From a virus: a stretch of 64,000 bases of DNA. The notes below the pieces were generated by a model. The model was not told the DNA's origin. It searched no databases and saw only the letters and a list, made by a program, of their open reading frames with translations. Of the stretch, positions 63,489 through 64,000 are shown piece after piece. The position numbers were made by a program, and so were the translations under genes. How positions within the stretch are numbered: position 1 is the stretch's first letter; every line of letters starts with the position of its first letter. The DNA lies in IMG/VR virus record IMGVR_UViG_3300035701_000001. One strand, written 5' to 3'.

Positions 63489-64000
63489 TTCCCTGGATTA
63501 CCGGGATGACGCTTGGATTGGCCGGAGCAGTGGACGTTTCTGAACCGTCTGAAATGGAGAGGGAGCAGGAACGGGAATCCATTATCTACGAGATCATGGC
63601 GTGGAGGGAACTGCATGATGATCTCGGTTGTTTCGATGCTTATGCGGATCCTCCCGGTGGGGATTACCACAATTTTTTGGATCATCCGAAGAACTTGAAA
63701 AAATGTGCTCTTGCACTGCAGAAAGATGAATTTCTGGAGCCTGAGCCTCTCTGTCCATCTGGATTCCGGTTGGAGGGAGTCGATTTCTTTGCAAGGGTCC
63801 TGTTTCCCGATGTGAGGAAAAGTCCCTACTTCATTCTCCGTCGTCTGCAATTCTCGGTTCCCACCGGGTTGTCCTGGGAGCAAATCAGGAAGCTCTTCCA
63901 GGAATACATCGACGCTTTTTTCGATGGACCTGGTTCTGGCATTTTATGGTCGATGGACGCCTGGTCCCTGTCCCTTGACCGGGAGCCCCGTCACATTCCC
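63485..64000 (+). CDS. Hypothetical exported protein (truncated by window end)
   Basis: ATG 63485 overlaps the upstream stop; MIPWITGMTLGLAGAVD; frame read by hand, open for 172 codons to the window edge; absent from the ORF track. Confidence 0.7.
   Translation, partial: MIPWITGMTLGLAGAVDVSEPSEMEREQERESIIYEIMAWRELHDDLGCFDAYADPPGGDYHNFLDHPKNLKKCALALQKDEFLEPEPLCPSGFRLEGVDFFARVLFPDVRKSPYFILRRLQFSVPTGLSWEQIRKLFQEYIDAFFDGPGSGILWSMDAWSLSLDREPRHIP

Noticed and set aside
1-64000. tRNA/rRNA genes, integrase/att sites, reverse transcriptase/DGR, stop-codon reassignment
   Set aside because: None recognised by eye; genes terminate normally at TAG, TGA and TAA; a tRNAscan run would be needed to fully exclude tRNAs

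Overview
Gene-dense, GC-rich (about 60%) window that reads as part of a large bacteriophage-like genome rather than a bacterial chromosome. It has no housekeeping operons, tRNA, rRNA, CRISPR array or integrase, and many hypothetical genes. Recognisable genes: DNA polymerase III alpha (dnaE), class II ribonucleotide reductase (nrdJ), thyX, a RadA/Sms-like ATPase, DEDDh exonuclease, RuvC-like resolvase, RdgC-like protein, SSB-like protein, HNH nuclease, XRE repressor, ImmA/IrrE-like metalloprotease, J-domain protein, CX5R phosphatase, SCP2 lipid-binding protein, an alpha/beta hydrolase, and two peptidoglycan hydrolases sharing a C-terminal module. No terminase, portal, HK97 capsid or tail gene is recognisable here. 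Instead, a 13 kb plus-strand cluster (6434-19184) and a second cluster (55866-59600) encode two paralogous beta-rich, single-jelly-roll-like proteins, an Ig-like spike candidate, several C-terminally anchored membrane proteins and a transglutaminase-fold cysteine protease. Many of these proteins carry a recurrent [Y/F]-G dipeptide, often within the first 15 residues. Two of these sites are followed by a peptide almost identical to the hydrophobic peptide released from adenovirus pX (G|ILPLLVAAV, G|FLPLLIPIAAAV). Working hypothesis (inference, no searches run): a large non-tailed, probably membrane-containing bacterial dsDNA virus with adenovirus-like proteolytic virion maturation and its own DnaE replisome. 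Also seen: a five-site TTGACAC-N5-GTG(T/G)C operator overlapping -35 boxes, an AT-rich patch inside dnaE, dispersed and tandem short repeats, and a multi-hairpin intergenic region. All product calls come from motif recognition by eye.
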